From Phoronis australis (lineage: Eukaryota > Animalia > Phoronida): 64,000 bases of DNA. Every line of letters begins with the position of its first letter. Position 1 is the stretch's first letter. The notes under the pieces are model-generated. The model was not told where the DNA came from. It worked only from the letters and a program-made list of their open reading frames with translations, and made no database searches. The translations under genes and the position numbers were made by a program. This document shows, in pieces, positions 12,600-25,899 of this stretch. The DNA is taken from assembly GCA_002633005.1 (NCBI GenBank), contig NMRA01000081.1:687799-751798 (forward strand), read 5' to 3'.

Positions 12600-13090
12600 A
12601 CAACCGTGAATTCAATATCCTGCACAATAATGCAACCGGCTTTTTCTTGGGATGTCTCCAGAAAATACCTACTGCCAATGTCCTAGTACTATATTAAGGG
12701 ATCTCCATCAGTGCGGATTATCTACTTGTGTTCCTTACGTACTGATAGCCTTACTCAAAGTCTGATAACATTGCCTGTTCAATACTTATTGTTTCATGTA
12801 CATCAACTGGTGTAGTAGCAATCCTGTCACTGCTAATGTTCACTACTGCGTCTTTGGGATGGACCTTGGGATCCAATACATCGATGTTGATATCTACTTT
12901 TGACGGATTCGTGCAATATCCTGGGCATCTGCATCGAGACATGCATCACTTCCTTCTGTGTGATAGTTTTCAGTGCAAGATGCGAAGTTATCGCTCTCCA
13001 TCTCTCTAAGACCTGTTTTAAGCTTTTAGGACAAATGGCAACTTGTTCCCTGAGCTTAAGTGTCATTTCTCTGAGGGCAATTCCCAACTA
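12600..13090 (-). pseudogene. Frameshifted remnant of a large DNA-transposon protein (Academ-like by recollection)
   Basis: Overlapping minus-strand frames read DADAQDIARIRQK / VDINIDVLDPKVHPKDAVVNISSDRIATTPVDVHETISIEQAMLSDFE, resembling the ID.LDP..HP..VVNI.SG.IA...V.V pattern of invertebrate transposases. Stops and frameshifts present. Family assignment unverified. Confidence 0.45.
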
Positions 13091-13140
13091 TGTCCCCACT
13101 ATTGAGTCCGCATGCGCGCACCCGGGGGGAGGGCTCGAAC

Positions 13141-13295
13141 CAGTGGCGGATTTAGAGGGGGGCCAAGGGGGCCATACCCCCCTACAATTCTCCCAGATTC
13201 CATTTGGCATATCGGGGGTGCGAATATCTGAGGGACAAAATCCTGCCTAATACTCTGCCCTGCCCCCCCAACTCAAAATCCTGGATCCGCCTTAG
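13141..13295. mobile_element. 155-bp MITE (CAGTGGCGGAT...ATCCGCCTTAG) with 5-bp TSD CGAAC, nested in another MITE (about 13110-13512)
   Basis: TIR core GGCGGAT/ATCCGCC. CGAAC at 13136-13140 and 13296-13300. The same 5' end recurs at 63973. Confidence 0.75.
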
Positions 13296-14789
13296 CGAAC
13301 GAGCCCCCCATTTTGCGCAGTGGGCCAAAAAGTCTGCCTCAGAGAATTAAAAACTCCGAAAAAGTAGAAAACGAGGCAAAAGTCCACTAAAAAGCAAAAG
13401 CTACCAAAATTCGGCGAATGTACAATTCATTGCTCTGAACGTACCCCGTTAACCTTAGCAAAAGATCCACATTCTCAAGCCCCCCCCCACTTTTTAGGCT
13501 GGATGCGCGAATAGTCCGTACCTCATGAATGTGGTCCCTATTAACTGATCGCTCCGAGCCCCATTCCAGCATTCACCCAGGTCACTGCATTTTTTCTATG
13601 GTATGTGGGCAGGACAATAGAGAATATCTTTTTGGAACTGAAGGTCTCAAACTGCTGAGCACGCACTAGACAAAATATTTTCTTATTTCATCTTCAAAAA
13701 AGAGATTCTGCAAATTTATCAAGCTATAACCTGCAAACACATTTCATTGAAGTCATTGACCGCAGAAACATGGGTGCAAATATTAATAACTAACCTCTGG
13801 TGTCTGATGCAGCAGCTATAACCACAAGTAGAATTTTGCATATGGCAGCTGTAATTTGTGTAAATTATCAATTATGCAAATTAATAATGACCATGAAAGC
13901 GTGAGACATAATACGAAAATAATCTACATGTAATGCAAGTAAGGAAATTATGAGCAGAAACAGTATTCAATTCAATACTGGTGCCCTCATTAGTAAAATT
14001 TATGCAAATTTATCATGCAACCACTTGCAAACTGGTTTCATTAAATTATATGGGTGCAGACGGTAAAATAGTTTACCTGTGGTGCCTGGTACTTTAGCTG
14101 TAAGCAAAAGTAGAATTCTGAATAATGGCGGCCTTAATTTCCATATATTAAGCAAATTCATAATGTATCTACCAGCAAACGAACTTCATCAAATTCACTG
14201 ACAGTGAAAAAATAGGTTAAAACATTAAAGTAACCTGTCTGCATTGTTTGGTAAGGCGTTATAAGCAAAATATAAGAGAGATTTCGCAAAGCGATGTGAA
14301 CATGAATTATCACGCACATATAATTGCGCGAGTCGATTCACGTTACGGTATGAAAAATGGGTTTCGCAACAGCTAAATTCACGTGAACGTGAAACTAAAC
14401 GTGAACTGAATAACAGAGCTCAGGGTGTCTACTTATCGCAGTACAGTTTCCGTTAGATTACAAACTACTTACAAATCACTCTGTGAATGCAACTTCTTTT
14501 ATTTTCATTGTCATAACATCTAACGCAAATCAGTCAATTCGATATAGTCAATTTTTTAGTTAATTTTGCGATGAGATTTAACATGCTGTGTTCTACAGTT
14601 GCTTGCACTCCATCTCCTTCCCGTTCCAGTATTATCTCTTGCATCATGTCTTTATTTGAGAAAGGTTTTACTGAATCCTCAATGAAAAATGTTTTGTTTA
14701 ATTGTATTTTACTGCATTCCATTATGCTACATACGGTGGCCGAAAGTATCATCGCTATTTTAGTTTATTAATTTTTTTATTTTTCCTTT

Positions 14790-15100
14790 TCCACCTAGGA
14801 TGAAATATTTCAACCTAGGTGGAAATTATTTCAACCTAGGTGGAAATTATTTTCACCCGGGTGGAAAATATTTCAACCTAGGTGGAAATTATTTTCACCC
14901 GGGTGGAAATTATTTCAACCTAGGTGGAAATTATTTTCACCCGGGTGGAAATTATTTCAACCTAGGTGGAAATTATTTTCACCCGGGTGGAAATTATTTT
15001 CACCCGGGTGGAAATTATTTCAACCTAGGTGGAAATTATTTTCACCCGGGTCGAAATTATTTTCACCCCGGTGGAAATTATTTTCACCTGGGTGAAAATG
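14790..15100 (+). repeat. 21-bp minisatellite, about 14 units of two alternating variants (AAATTATTTCAACCTAGGTGG / AAATTATTTTCACCCGGGTGG)
   Basis: Directly visible tandem array. Confidence 0.95.
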
Positions 15101-16062
15101 TTATACATCCGGGCACCTATTTTCATCTGTGATGTGATTGGATGAAGTCTTGTAGGTGAAGGTCGATTGGGCCAGATTAGGTTGCAATGTTGGCGCCTTA
15201 TCTGCCTCTTGGATTTGCCGCGGACTTTAACAGAGACAGTGTGATTACGTATTACTCCTAGTTCCAAAACAACTCTCTGAATAAAGTTGACAGATTTCAG
15301 CAATGAACCCAAGCCATTAACAAATATAGTGTATGGTGTAGAACGTTGAGAAATTTCCAATAAATAAATGACATATTATTGTTGTATTCCAAAAGCCTCA
15401 CCCTTCCCGTGCTGACAGGTTTCAAAGACTTAAAGTTACACAACTAGCAACAAAAGGCACAGATAGTATTATAAATATCCCACAAATGGTAAAAGACGTA
15501 TGGTGAATAACATCTTATGGATTCACAAGATGATACAAATTTTGGTAAACAACTAGCATGATTAATGAATTATACACCAGTCTTAAAAATTACTTGACAT
15601 TCTTTCTAATTAGAGTATAATTGTCAGCAGTATCAGAAATGTCACTAACCAATAGTGTAATAAAACACATATTTTAATTTCTCATTAAAATACGTATTTG
15701 TGTATGACCATTGCAATGACAATCACCTTCAGTAACCAGCGTATAACAGTACAAAGTATTCAAGATTAAATGATACTGTAAGGTACAGTCCAGATAAAGT
15801 AAAAAAAATCCAAATTAGTAACGTTTTCGGGGGAGGTGGTCATGCGAAATTCCTTGCACAGATTGTCCTGTATATGCTAACACTCTAACACATATGTCTG
15901 CAAACATGTGGTGGCAGAATGATCTAACCGATTGACATGAATAAACAAAACAAAGAGCATTGTTTTTAGAGTGCTACAAAAGGGTGTGCAGCAATGGCTT
16001 GACACATGACTTGTTCCTAGCGCAAGTAGATAACGCCACGTTAACCAAACGACGTACAAGCA

Positions 16063-16390
16063 TGAAAATAATTTCCACCCGGATGAAAATAATTTCCACC
16101 CAGGTTGAAATAGTTTCCACCCGCGTGAAAATAATTTTCACCTAGGTTGAAATAGTTTCCACCTGGGTGAAAATAATTTCCACCTAGGTTGAAATAATTT
16201 CCACCCGGGTGAAAATAATTTCCACCTAGGTTGAAATAGTTTCCACCCGGGTGAAAATAGTTTCCACCCAGGTGACAATAGTTTCCACCCAGTTGAAAAT
16301 AGTTTCCACCCAGGTGAAAATAGTTTCCACCCAGGTGAAAATAGTTTCCAACCAGGTGAAAATAGTTGAATTATTTCCACGTAGGTGGAA
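16063..16390 (-). repeat. Inverted copy of the 21-bp minisatellite
   Basis: Tandem gaaaata(a/g)tttccacc(c/t)(a/g)ggt, the reverse complement of the 14790 array. Confidence 0.95.
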
Positions 16391-18264
16391 AATGAAAAAT
16401 GAAAAAATATTTAAACAAAAGTAGCGATGATACTTTCGGGCCACCATAGCTACATGTATGCAAGATGGGAATATATGTTGATTGTGAAAAAAGCCATGTC
16501 TACAAACTCCTGTGGAAAATGGTCAATCTTACAATGCGTAATTTATTTGCAGTTAAAAAAACAGATGCATGTAAATTAAGCATGTAAAAATTAACAATGA
16601 ACACAAAATCATATCTGTTAAAAATCCATTCTAGTTCGATGATATCCAGCGAACCCTACAGAATTAGGATTTTGGAAAGGCCTTCCTCCAGCTGGAACAA
16701 TTATAGACAAAAATAGCGTTCATTTTATACTGAAGCAAAGAAGAAAGATTGAGAAACCTATCAAAATAAAAATTGTTTCGATGTCTTGCCAAATAAGAAT
16801 TAAAAAGGGCCACAGGTTTCGCGTTTAAAGCGACGCGAATTTCCCTGTATTCGCGTAAAATACGCAAACACTAAAGGAATTATGTCATAGCCAACAATGT
16901 CATGTGTGACGCGGAAATTATATAAATTATGCGTGATAATTGACGTTCACGTCGCTTTGTGAAACCTCTCTATAATTTTAGGTAATGGTGGTTTAATTTG
17001 CAATAATTATGCAAATTTTTCATGCACCAGCTTTCAAGTTGATTTCATTAAATTATTTGACCACGCGAACATAGGTGCAAATATCATGATAGCTCACCTG
17101 TAGTGCTTGGTACCGTAGCTATTAGAACAAGTAAAGTTTTGAATAATGGCGGCCTTATAATTTGCATAAATTATGCAAATTCACTACGTATCTCCTAATA
17201 TTTTGCACTATTAAACTTGCTGACCATGAAAACATAGGTGAAAACATCAAAATAATCTTCCTGCATTGCTTAGTAAAGAAATTATATGCAAAAATAGAAT
17301 TTTGCGTAATGGCGGTCTTAATTTGCATATTTAAAAATGCTCAAGGGTTGCGAACGGTCACCCCCCTAAATCATGATTGCCTACGCCTAGGCTACATGAA
17401 ACAGCAAAGAAATCCAGGTTAAGTAAAAAAAACAGCATTTGGCTTCCGGACTAATAGGCTGTCCACCGTTGTTGCTCAAAAACCACAGACATTTAGTTGT
17501 GCTTTCTTGCACTGAGAAAACCCCAATGAGCATGTTCACATGAGTATAGAAAAGTAGACCTTATAAAAACTTTGGCCGAAGGTTCGCTACCTTCGAATAA
17601 AGAGTTGTATTTGTGTCCAATTAGTAACCATTTAAAGGGTGTGCAAAAGTTGAATAATTCTTAAAACTTTGATTACATTGTTTACAAAAAATTTAGTTCC
17701 AAGAAACTCTGCCAATCGTGATTCTTGAAACTAACTAACGATTGACATTTTCAAGCAGGGACAACATCGGGTCAGGGATGAGGCGACTTCATGATGACTG
17801 GCAGGGATAGAGTAGCCCGTTAACTATATTTAATTTCGACCCGGCCGTGCGCGTGGTTCCGGTGGGTGAGATTGAGACGCAGCGACTCTAAACTTTCTAA
17901 TCAAGGTGTGAAATGATGCAATCTTAACATGGATTAGATGAATGTATCGTGTTTGATAATTCAACAATCTTCCTACGTCATATTCTTTTTAAAATGTTAG
18001 TACGTACACATTTTTCCATATTCGTAAGACATGAGGGTAATTTCGCATGCGCATGACACCCATGTACACCACTCAATGCATCTAATAACCGAGGTATCGT
18101 TTATCTTTGCATGTAAAAGTATTATAATTACACATGAGTCCGAAATTTTACATATTTTTGGAGTAGTGAACCTTCGAAATAGTGAACATTTGGAATTTTG
18201 AACCTTCAGAGTAGAGAACTTTCGGTGAGTGGGCTGTTCCCATTTCCAGCAGCAAAGTAAGCAA

Positions 18265-18480
18265 CTTGATACAAGCTATTTATCAACTGGATAACGGAAC
18301 AGTGGCAGTATACCCATCTCTTTATCTTATTCCCATGCACACTGCACGCTCTTCCAGACACGTCACCGACCATGCATATCACATGCCTGGTTTTAGACGT
18401 TATTTTCATTTGCAAAGGTTTTGCCTTGCCACTATTCGGCATTGGAACGAACTGGACAACCGTGTGATCTCAGCGCCACC
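18265..18480 (+). mobile_element. Degraded 3' end of a non-LTR retrotransposon ORF2 (CR1/L2-like)
   Basis: Translation ARSSRHVTDHAY...QRFCLATIRHWNEL resembles the C-terminal SFFPRTIxxWNxL motif of this group. Confidence 0.45.
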
Positions 18481-21400
18481 AACTGACACGGTGGGACCGG
18501 CAAAGTCAATAGTATGACCGGTTTTCATACTTTTAAAAGTGACCAACGCATTTTGTTGACGTAGCAGAAGAGAGTGCGGAAGAAAGGGATGATGTTGATA
18601 ATAAAAAAGAAGAAGAGGAAAAAAGGCCAAACGGAACGTGAGCACCGCCCGTTTCCAATAGAGGTCAATAAAAGTGTCAGGGATAGGGAGAAATGAGGAT
18701 CACTAGGATTTTGCTGATGAACACAACAATACTGTAAAAATCGTCCCAAGATAACAATTTAGGGTATATGTGGAGATTCGGCAAAACGCAACAGGGGGAG
18801 ATGCCGTCCATTTAAAACTATCAAAGACATCCCTTGTCGCGAAGGACACTGGTATACAAACTGCTCGAAAAGTAAGTGTACCTCCGGTATTTTTATCTTA
18901 ATTTCCAAGAAATTGAGAAAACATGCATATTCGTATGGAATCTGACCTTATGGCGAAAGAAAATGGTTTACAAAGCACCAGTTGAAAAATGAAACTAAAA
19001 AATAGATGGTTCACAGTCGTTTAACATTTCACAAAAATGGTTTAAATTTGAAATGTTAATGATGTATTTATTCCGAACTGAGTATACTGTGCCGTGACAG
19101 TCATTAGTTTCCACCGTTAAAGGGATTACCCGCCTGCCATTGTTTTGGAACGGGCCGACTTTTGGTCGTTTTGCCAAACGCTGTCAAAAGGCTTGGCGTT
19201 TTTTTGTTCTTTTTATTTGTGAACGCCCTGAATGACAAATGAAAATCATTTTTTCTCTTCGTGTGGAAAGGTTTGAGTTTGCTCTGGAGTAGTTTGTTTT
19301 GCCAAGCAAAAAGAAAACGCGGCTATTTTCATAGGACTATTCAAGAATTCTTTCCATGGAACAGAAATTTATTAATCATACCAAACTCACCCTTGACTAA
19401 TTTTTATCACAATGTGATCTACTGAAATACTGACACGGACCCTAAACGGTCAAGTTCCTGAAAGCGTGAAGCGGGACTGCGTAAATATGTCATTTTATAT
19501 ATCTCGTTTTTGATTACCTTTAACCTCTTGTATACATCGTAGAATAACTTTAAAGCTCATAAGATATGCATCAAATTAATTAGCAAGAATCTTTACCTCG
19601 TGAACACAAACAAGGATACATTTTGTTCATTTGTACACTTTATTGGAAACTGTGGCCTAAACAGAAGGTACATTTAATTTTGAGTAGCTTATCTTTTGTG
19701 ACGTTTACAAAGCCTGGCACTCGTCCAAAAAGCACGAATTGATCTCCCTATCTTGAAGTGCAGCTGCAATATATTAATTAAACCAGCCTGCATAATCACT
19801 TGACCTGAAGATAAAAAGTCGCGACTATAGTATATTCCAGGTTAATTTTAAGTAATGAGTCAACGAACGTGCAACATACAGTCACAGTCACGATTTTACG
19901 GCAAAATTATTTTGACATTCGTTATTCAAATCTTGATAAAGGTTTTACTGGTGGGCAATGAGATGCAGTGCTAACGGTTAACACCAAACATTTTGAAAGG
20001 CTGAATAGGGGCGCGATACACGTTAAGCGGCCTAACCCTTTGAAAACAAGATCAAACATGCGATACACTGTACGTTTTCCTACCTCCGCGAAAGAGGAAA
20101 GTTCAAACTGAGATGGGGGTATTTTGCCCCAAGGGCAACATTTATAATATATATGCCAACATTAGCGTGCATTATGTTATTAAAATATGGAGCCGCAAAA
20201 CCTGCGCAATTTGAGGGGTCCGGGGAAAGTGGGACGGAACCTCGGTCTTATGAGAATGAATACTGCTTTCATTTGTGTGCTTTTCTATGACTCTCTCTCT
20301 TTTTGTGTGTCAACATTACAATCCGGAGAAGAAAATTTTCACATATAAAGCGAGCAAAATTTACGATTTAAAAAGTCCAAACAACACCATGCAAACTTTC
20401 AAACAATATCATTACTGTTCGGTAAACAAAGAATTGACATAAGATTTGCTTGCGCTGGCGGAGTTCGGTTTTTTCCAAGGACCTGACGTGCTTATGGACG
20501 TAAAACTGCTCGATAGTGGATTTCGTTTAGAAATCTTTGCTCTAGGAACTAGAAGGAGGCTTCTTAAATCAGCTGATCCCGAGTTGGAGAATCGACGCGA
20601 TGACATTTACGATTCACTACCGGAATTCACTACATTTTTTTTCTTTTAAAAGCTTACCCCATATCGAGTTAAAATGACGATAGGTGAGGTCAGTATCTAT
20701 TTTACTTCAACTGGAGGTCTCGCTTTGCAGGAAACACATGAGGAACCACACAAACTAACTAATTGTCGTTTTCAATCTTTAAGCCGGCTTTGGTCGTGCA
20801 ATTCTCCATATTTTTATTTCCTATTACTCCACCTTCCTTCTAAAAACAACTTTTGATTTACATGGCGTGTATGAATTTCTAACACTTCCTAATTAATTTT
20901 TTTTATCTATACCACTTACCGTTATGAAATTAATCTCACATTATTTCTTAGGGAAATTGAAGATAATTTCCGGCATTCAAAAACGGGCAGTTCGTAGTTA
21001 AAATCATGATCTACGAGTTAATAAAAAAATTTCACGGCCATAGTATGCATGGTCTCGGTGAATAAATTGTTCTTTTCAAATTCAAAAACCACTTGAGTTC
21101 AGATTTTTAGCGTTAGGTGGTCTACCTCGTAAGTTCGATGCTTGGGCGAAGGAGGTTTATAACCACTTCAAATGCTAAATATTCTCGCAAAATCGAGTCA
21201 TGCACGAGATTTTAACTTCAGATGGACCACAATGCGGTCATAGGATCAGGCAAAAAGTAGAAATGGTTCTGGTTCGCGTCCGACTCATTTTCAAACCTGC
21301 GCCTTTCACTGTTTAAAAAATGCCTGCTTCATTTTTAGCATTTTTTATGATTCAACCTAAACGTATCTAAGTAAGTTTTTTGATCGATATGCCTGAGCAA

Positions 21401-22199
21401 CCCGACAATCGCTTCTTTCACGACTGCAGTTTGACTCGCTCGTCTGGTCCACAGATGGAAGTCGTCACTCACTGCACCGCTGCAACCGGGAAATCTACAA
21501 GGAGGTGGCGCTGGAAAAAAGATCTGATACCGACCCATTTCGGCTGACATCAGATGACCTTTTGTTTTTGAAAATTAGGCAAGCCAAATACTGTATTCAC
21601 AGCAACAATTTTTCAAAAACTACAGAACAGAAGAAATAGAAAGTATTAATCAATATTCATATTCTAGGTATTAATGAGACGTACCTTTTAAACTGTGATA
21701 CAATGTGACAGCATATACCTGTTCGCAGTATAAACCTATGAAAAAAAACATTCAAGCTTGTCTCTCGGGAGGTCGGGAACAGGTATGATTCATTTATCAG
21801 GCAATACATACAGAGGCAGCCGTTGAAACTCAGAACAAAAACGCATTGTTTTGACAACCGATGAGCAGGTCAGATGTACAATGCCTTTGGAATTTATATT
21901 AACATATCGCGGTTTATGAACTCATGTAGTTTGCAGTCATGAATGATTTAGTAGTCTTCTGCGTACGTTATAATATATATGTACTTTGATTTATGAAACA
22001 GAGGTGCTGGTCACATGGCTAAGGGCACCCTCATCGAGCAATTGTTTAGCTACGAAACTCAGACGTCAGCTATGGTCTTTCGCAAAAAAAATAACACAGT
22101 CATTTCAGACTGGTTTTGCCAAACATTTAAAACAGATTGTTTCTAAACTTTAGATATTGATATACCACATTTTGTAGTATTCCCTCAGTGCTCTGCCTT

Positions 22200-22484
22200 T
22201 ACTGGCTAATCACCTCAATCTGAAAGATGCTAGTCACGACGTTGTATTTATATGACACGTCCGCAAATATTTAGCCAATCACCGTAGTGGTAACATATAC
22301 ATGCATGTTGCGGTTAACCAATCACTTGCAATAATAAAAAATCTAGGCGACTACAACTAAAACTCATCCACGTGATAATTGTGTTTACAAGTGGGAGAAA
22401 TACTACCGTAGATGTGCGTGACGTAGCTCCTTTGTAGATTTTAACAGACACACGTTCTCAGTTCAAGATTGATAAGCGGTGAGT
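22200..22484 (+). promoter_or_regulatory. Candidate Pol II promoter and short non-coding first exon (possibly of the zf-MYND gene)
   Basis: CCAAT boxes at 22275 and 22318, CACGTG at 22369, TGACGT at about 22419, Inr-like TCAGTT at 22458-22463, strong donor GCG|gtgagt at 22479. Confidence 0.35.
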
Positions 22485-25400
22485 GTATACGAATTAAGAT
22501 TGGGATAGTAGCTATCATGGGGTTGTATTTCAGATATCCGGATTGTTTTCGGGGGAGATTTTAACCGCCTTCAATGACTATTATTGTGATTTTCAATATT
22601 CGCGACTCCCATTAGTTCATATCAGGTCACATCGTTGACCGACAGGGCGATTATTGGGCACGTGTTACTGCCAGCAAGCTTGTGTTATCTACTGACCAGG
22701 CAACTACAAATTTCAAATGAACATCGCAGCCCGAAGCTTACATGACACAGTTCAGTGACAACCAGAGTCGCCCTCACCGCGATAGCACGACCGAGTTGTC
22801 TATTCAATACCCCATAGCGAGTAAAACGTATGTTGCTATTTGTTTACCATTGTCTACAAGTCACGGAACACCCGAGGCAAAAATGAAATATGTTTGACAT
22901 TTAACGTTATTGAACTTGTTCTTCACTGAGAGATAATTAATGAGGTTACCTGAAACACAGGACTTTGAGCGCTTCCAAGAAATATTGACTGCCTATCGCA
23001 GCATATATGATTAAGGTTCGGCTACATTGTTATGAAATGCATGTTTCGCCGAATTCGCATAAGAGCTCTGTATAGGCCTACTCTGTCACCAACAACGGAC
23101 GGGGGGGGGGGGTTTCACTCAGTCCGACGAATTAAACGTGCTGCTCAAGAGCGAAGGGTAAATTTTTAGGACAGATTCCCTGCTAAAGGATGCCTTTCCT
23201 AGCGAAAGAATTCATTTTTTGCTAGTAAGTTTTGCATTATGTGGCTATGTTGAATTGTCAGTTCAAAAGGTCACTATTGCCTCTTAACAAATATTATGGC
23301 GCCCTCTCTTTTTCTGCAATATTTACCCACAATGCTGTGCGCCAGGGACTTGCCCCGCAGCTGTGCTTTTTGGCTGTGGTGGCCGCTCAAGTATTAGTTC
23401 GCCACTCGTCATTCTGATGCATAATGGGTTGTAAAACCGGCAGGCATTATTTTTTGAGAAGCTGAGTGAGACGCGATAAATCTTGTTCACTTGTCGACTC
23501 ACCTGAAGTTTGTGAGCCACCAATTACCTTTCAAAAACTAGACTATCAATCACTGATTCATCTCTACTTCCGCTAAAGAGGAAAACTGAATCGGGGTGTG
23601 AGACTTCAATAAAAAATTGAGCTTTTTGTGAAACTTAAATTTGCTACGGAAGGATCACGTTATAGATGCAGACCTCTCACCACGAGTGGTAACAGTGGGT
23701 GAGATAGGACCTCTACCAAAGACAAAGCGCAGCATTGTCCCACGGGCCAGCGCGCAAGTGAGCTTCCGGGCTGCTGAACAACAGTTGAGCTTATAGCTCA
23801 CGCCAAGGTGAGAAAATACGACAACTGACTGAACTAGCCACTATGAATTCATTCAATTCTTCTCGTCTCGGCGTGAGCTGTCGGAGACAAACAGCTCAGC
23901 TCGCTGTGGCTGTGTCTGCGCTGGCGCGGCATTTTAATAGTTCCTGCAGTTGAAGAGACTTCGAACAATGGCAACCGAGCTGATTTTCGGGGGTAAAAGA
24001 ATGGGATCGACGAATTTACTGGGCAAAAGCTGTAGTCGCACTTAATTATTTATTTCTAACGTGAAACCGTACACGAAACATAGTGAAGATCATAGGAAGG
24101 GCACAGTCGTGATTAGACACTTTACAACGCAATCAGACGCCAAACTGCCCGGGCACTGAAGCGATCCTTCGTGACCCTGTTGCATATTCAATCCCTTTTC
24201 ATAGCTTTCACCCCGTGCTTTCAAATTACAGTGCACAAAATCGAATCGATGTCGATAATGTAGATACACATAGTTAGGTCAATATCCTTCATTTTATTCT
24301 GGCTGCGAGCAACTCGTTCTTGTAGCTAATTGGCTAAACGTGAGCATGTGCTTAAGTGTGATGAAGATAAGAATGATTACGCCGGAAAGGTGATTTTTGT
24401 GATAACAAGCAGTTCACAAGTGGACCGACCTACAAAACTACATATATAGAAACCACGTGCCCTTGGCTCAATCTCTAGTCCTGTGCAATGCGATCTTCAT
24501 TCGCGAGCTGAGTACATAGCAATAAAACTGAAACTGGCAGGTGGACGACAGTACGTCAAACGCACTGATAGTTCGGGAGCACGCACCAGCGTTGAATGAA
24601 ATGTGAATAACTTGTAACTTGATTTTCAGCTAAACAAAAAATAACATTTTTGCCCAAGTGAGTTAAGACATGCAACATGCACATCGTGTGGGCAAGAACA
24701 CGTCAGCCGGAGGCCACAGCGTAATTCCAACAGTTAGACACTTTTCACGTGCCGCGCTTTATTAATACTTTTTATTTGTAAGCTTTTAAAATCCCGACCC
24801 AGTACGCTGAATCGCAGCATTGCGAAAAACACGCCAGTACAAGGACAGGACGAGACATCTCTTCGTTTACTCGAATGTTTACGTATTACCACAGCACTGA
24901 TCGACAGCAGAGGCTTGTGTTGCCGGATCTGGTAAATAACTGATATGCAAGTAATAGGCGATGAACATGTGTCAATTATTCAGTCGCAGCTATTTCACCA
25001 GTGTTATTTTATTACCGTGTAACTCAAGCAAAAAAGCAGCTTAACAAATCAAATAGCCTCGTAATGGTAATAACTCATAGTCGTGCTAGGGTACGTCATT
25101 GATATGTGGCAGAAATATCGTGACAAATGAATACTTCAGTGGCAGCCGTGCTTAACATTACAGGATGTACAAAGTGCTGTTCATACGCTCGTAGTCAAAA
25201 TCATATGCGTGTCAGGTTGCGGAAGATCGAATAAAAAACGGACATAAAAATAAAACCGAGTGTTCACGTGCCTTGTAAAGCCCCGCCTACAAACTTCAAT
25301 TGTTACTCACGAAATCGTATAATTATGACTTGTTGTCTTGAGAAGTTGTGTCGGAACACCAGGCTGCACACTACGGTTCGTCGCAAATGACTGTCGCATG

Positions 25401-25899
25401 CGAAAGATCGGAGGGTGTATACAGAAAAAGCTACAAGCAGGCAAATACTGGCTAAGATCTGGCGTCGATGATTGTCTGTAGTTATAAGGCAAGAGTATTT
25501 TTTTGGTTTACCCGACTCGATTTCCTTTGCTCATATACTAAACTCATGTGTTGGATGTTTTTTTGTAACACACTATCTCATGTCTCCGCTCAATTAAACT
25601 TGTAAAGTGTGCAGCCTTCATTCCATTGTTATTAGTGGAATGCATTTAAAAACATAAATTTTTGCGCGACAGGTGGTTCAAACAAACTTTTCGTCAAACG
25701 CGGAAGATAAATACGAGAACCAAACGACAATGACCATTAAAATAACAAGACCGGTTTCTATTAAATGTTATTTTAAGTAGAAACGTCTTTTAAAAACGTG
25801 CCTTTGTCATCAATGTGGGCCAGTTCGTTCAATGCGTGAAACGGAATGTCCCAAGCTAGTAGTTGTATTATCTTCACAGCGCTCAATAAAACTTATGAA

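Larger units (their letters stand above)
14734..16446. mobile_element. Inner TA-flanked foldback element with minisatellite-containing inverted arms
   Basis: TA|cggtggccgaaagtatcatcgcta versus tagcgatgatactttcgggccacca|TA. Arms extend through the 21-bp arrays. Confidence 0.85.
14276..16970. mobile_element. 2.7-kb TIR element (GAGAG...CTCTC) flanked by TATAA direct repeats
   Basis: gagagatttcgcaaagcgatgtgaacatgaattatcacgca at 14276 is an imperfect inverted match to tgcgtgataattgacgttcacgtcgctttgtgaaacctctc ending 16970. TATAA at 14271-14275 and 16971-16975. Confidence 0.8.
13700..17460. mobile_element. Host repeat rich in TATGCAAATT/AATTTGCATA units, split by the 14276-16970 insertion; right end tttggcttccggacta
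   Basis: The same internal units (gaataatggcggcctta, ggtgcaaatat, ctgcattg) occur at 13700-14275 and 16971-17340. Confidence 0.65.

Noticed and set aside
14800-15132. ORF with heptad repeats GGNYFHP/GGNYFNL (and the mirror WKLFSPG ORFs at 16138-16447) as a repeat protein
   Set aside because: It is the translation of a 21-bp minisatellite inside a transposon arm, with no splice context or domain.
14790-16390. CRISPR-like array
   Set aside because: Units are contiguous with no unique spacers, there are no cas genes, and the context is eukaryotic.
20446-20649. Protein-like ORF MLALAEFGFFQGPDV...
   Set aside because: No recognisable domain and no convincing flanking splice sites linking it to a gene.
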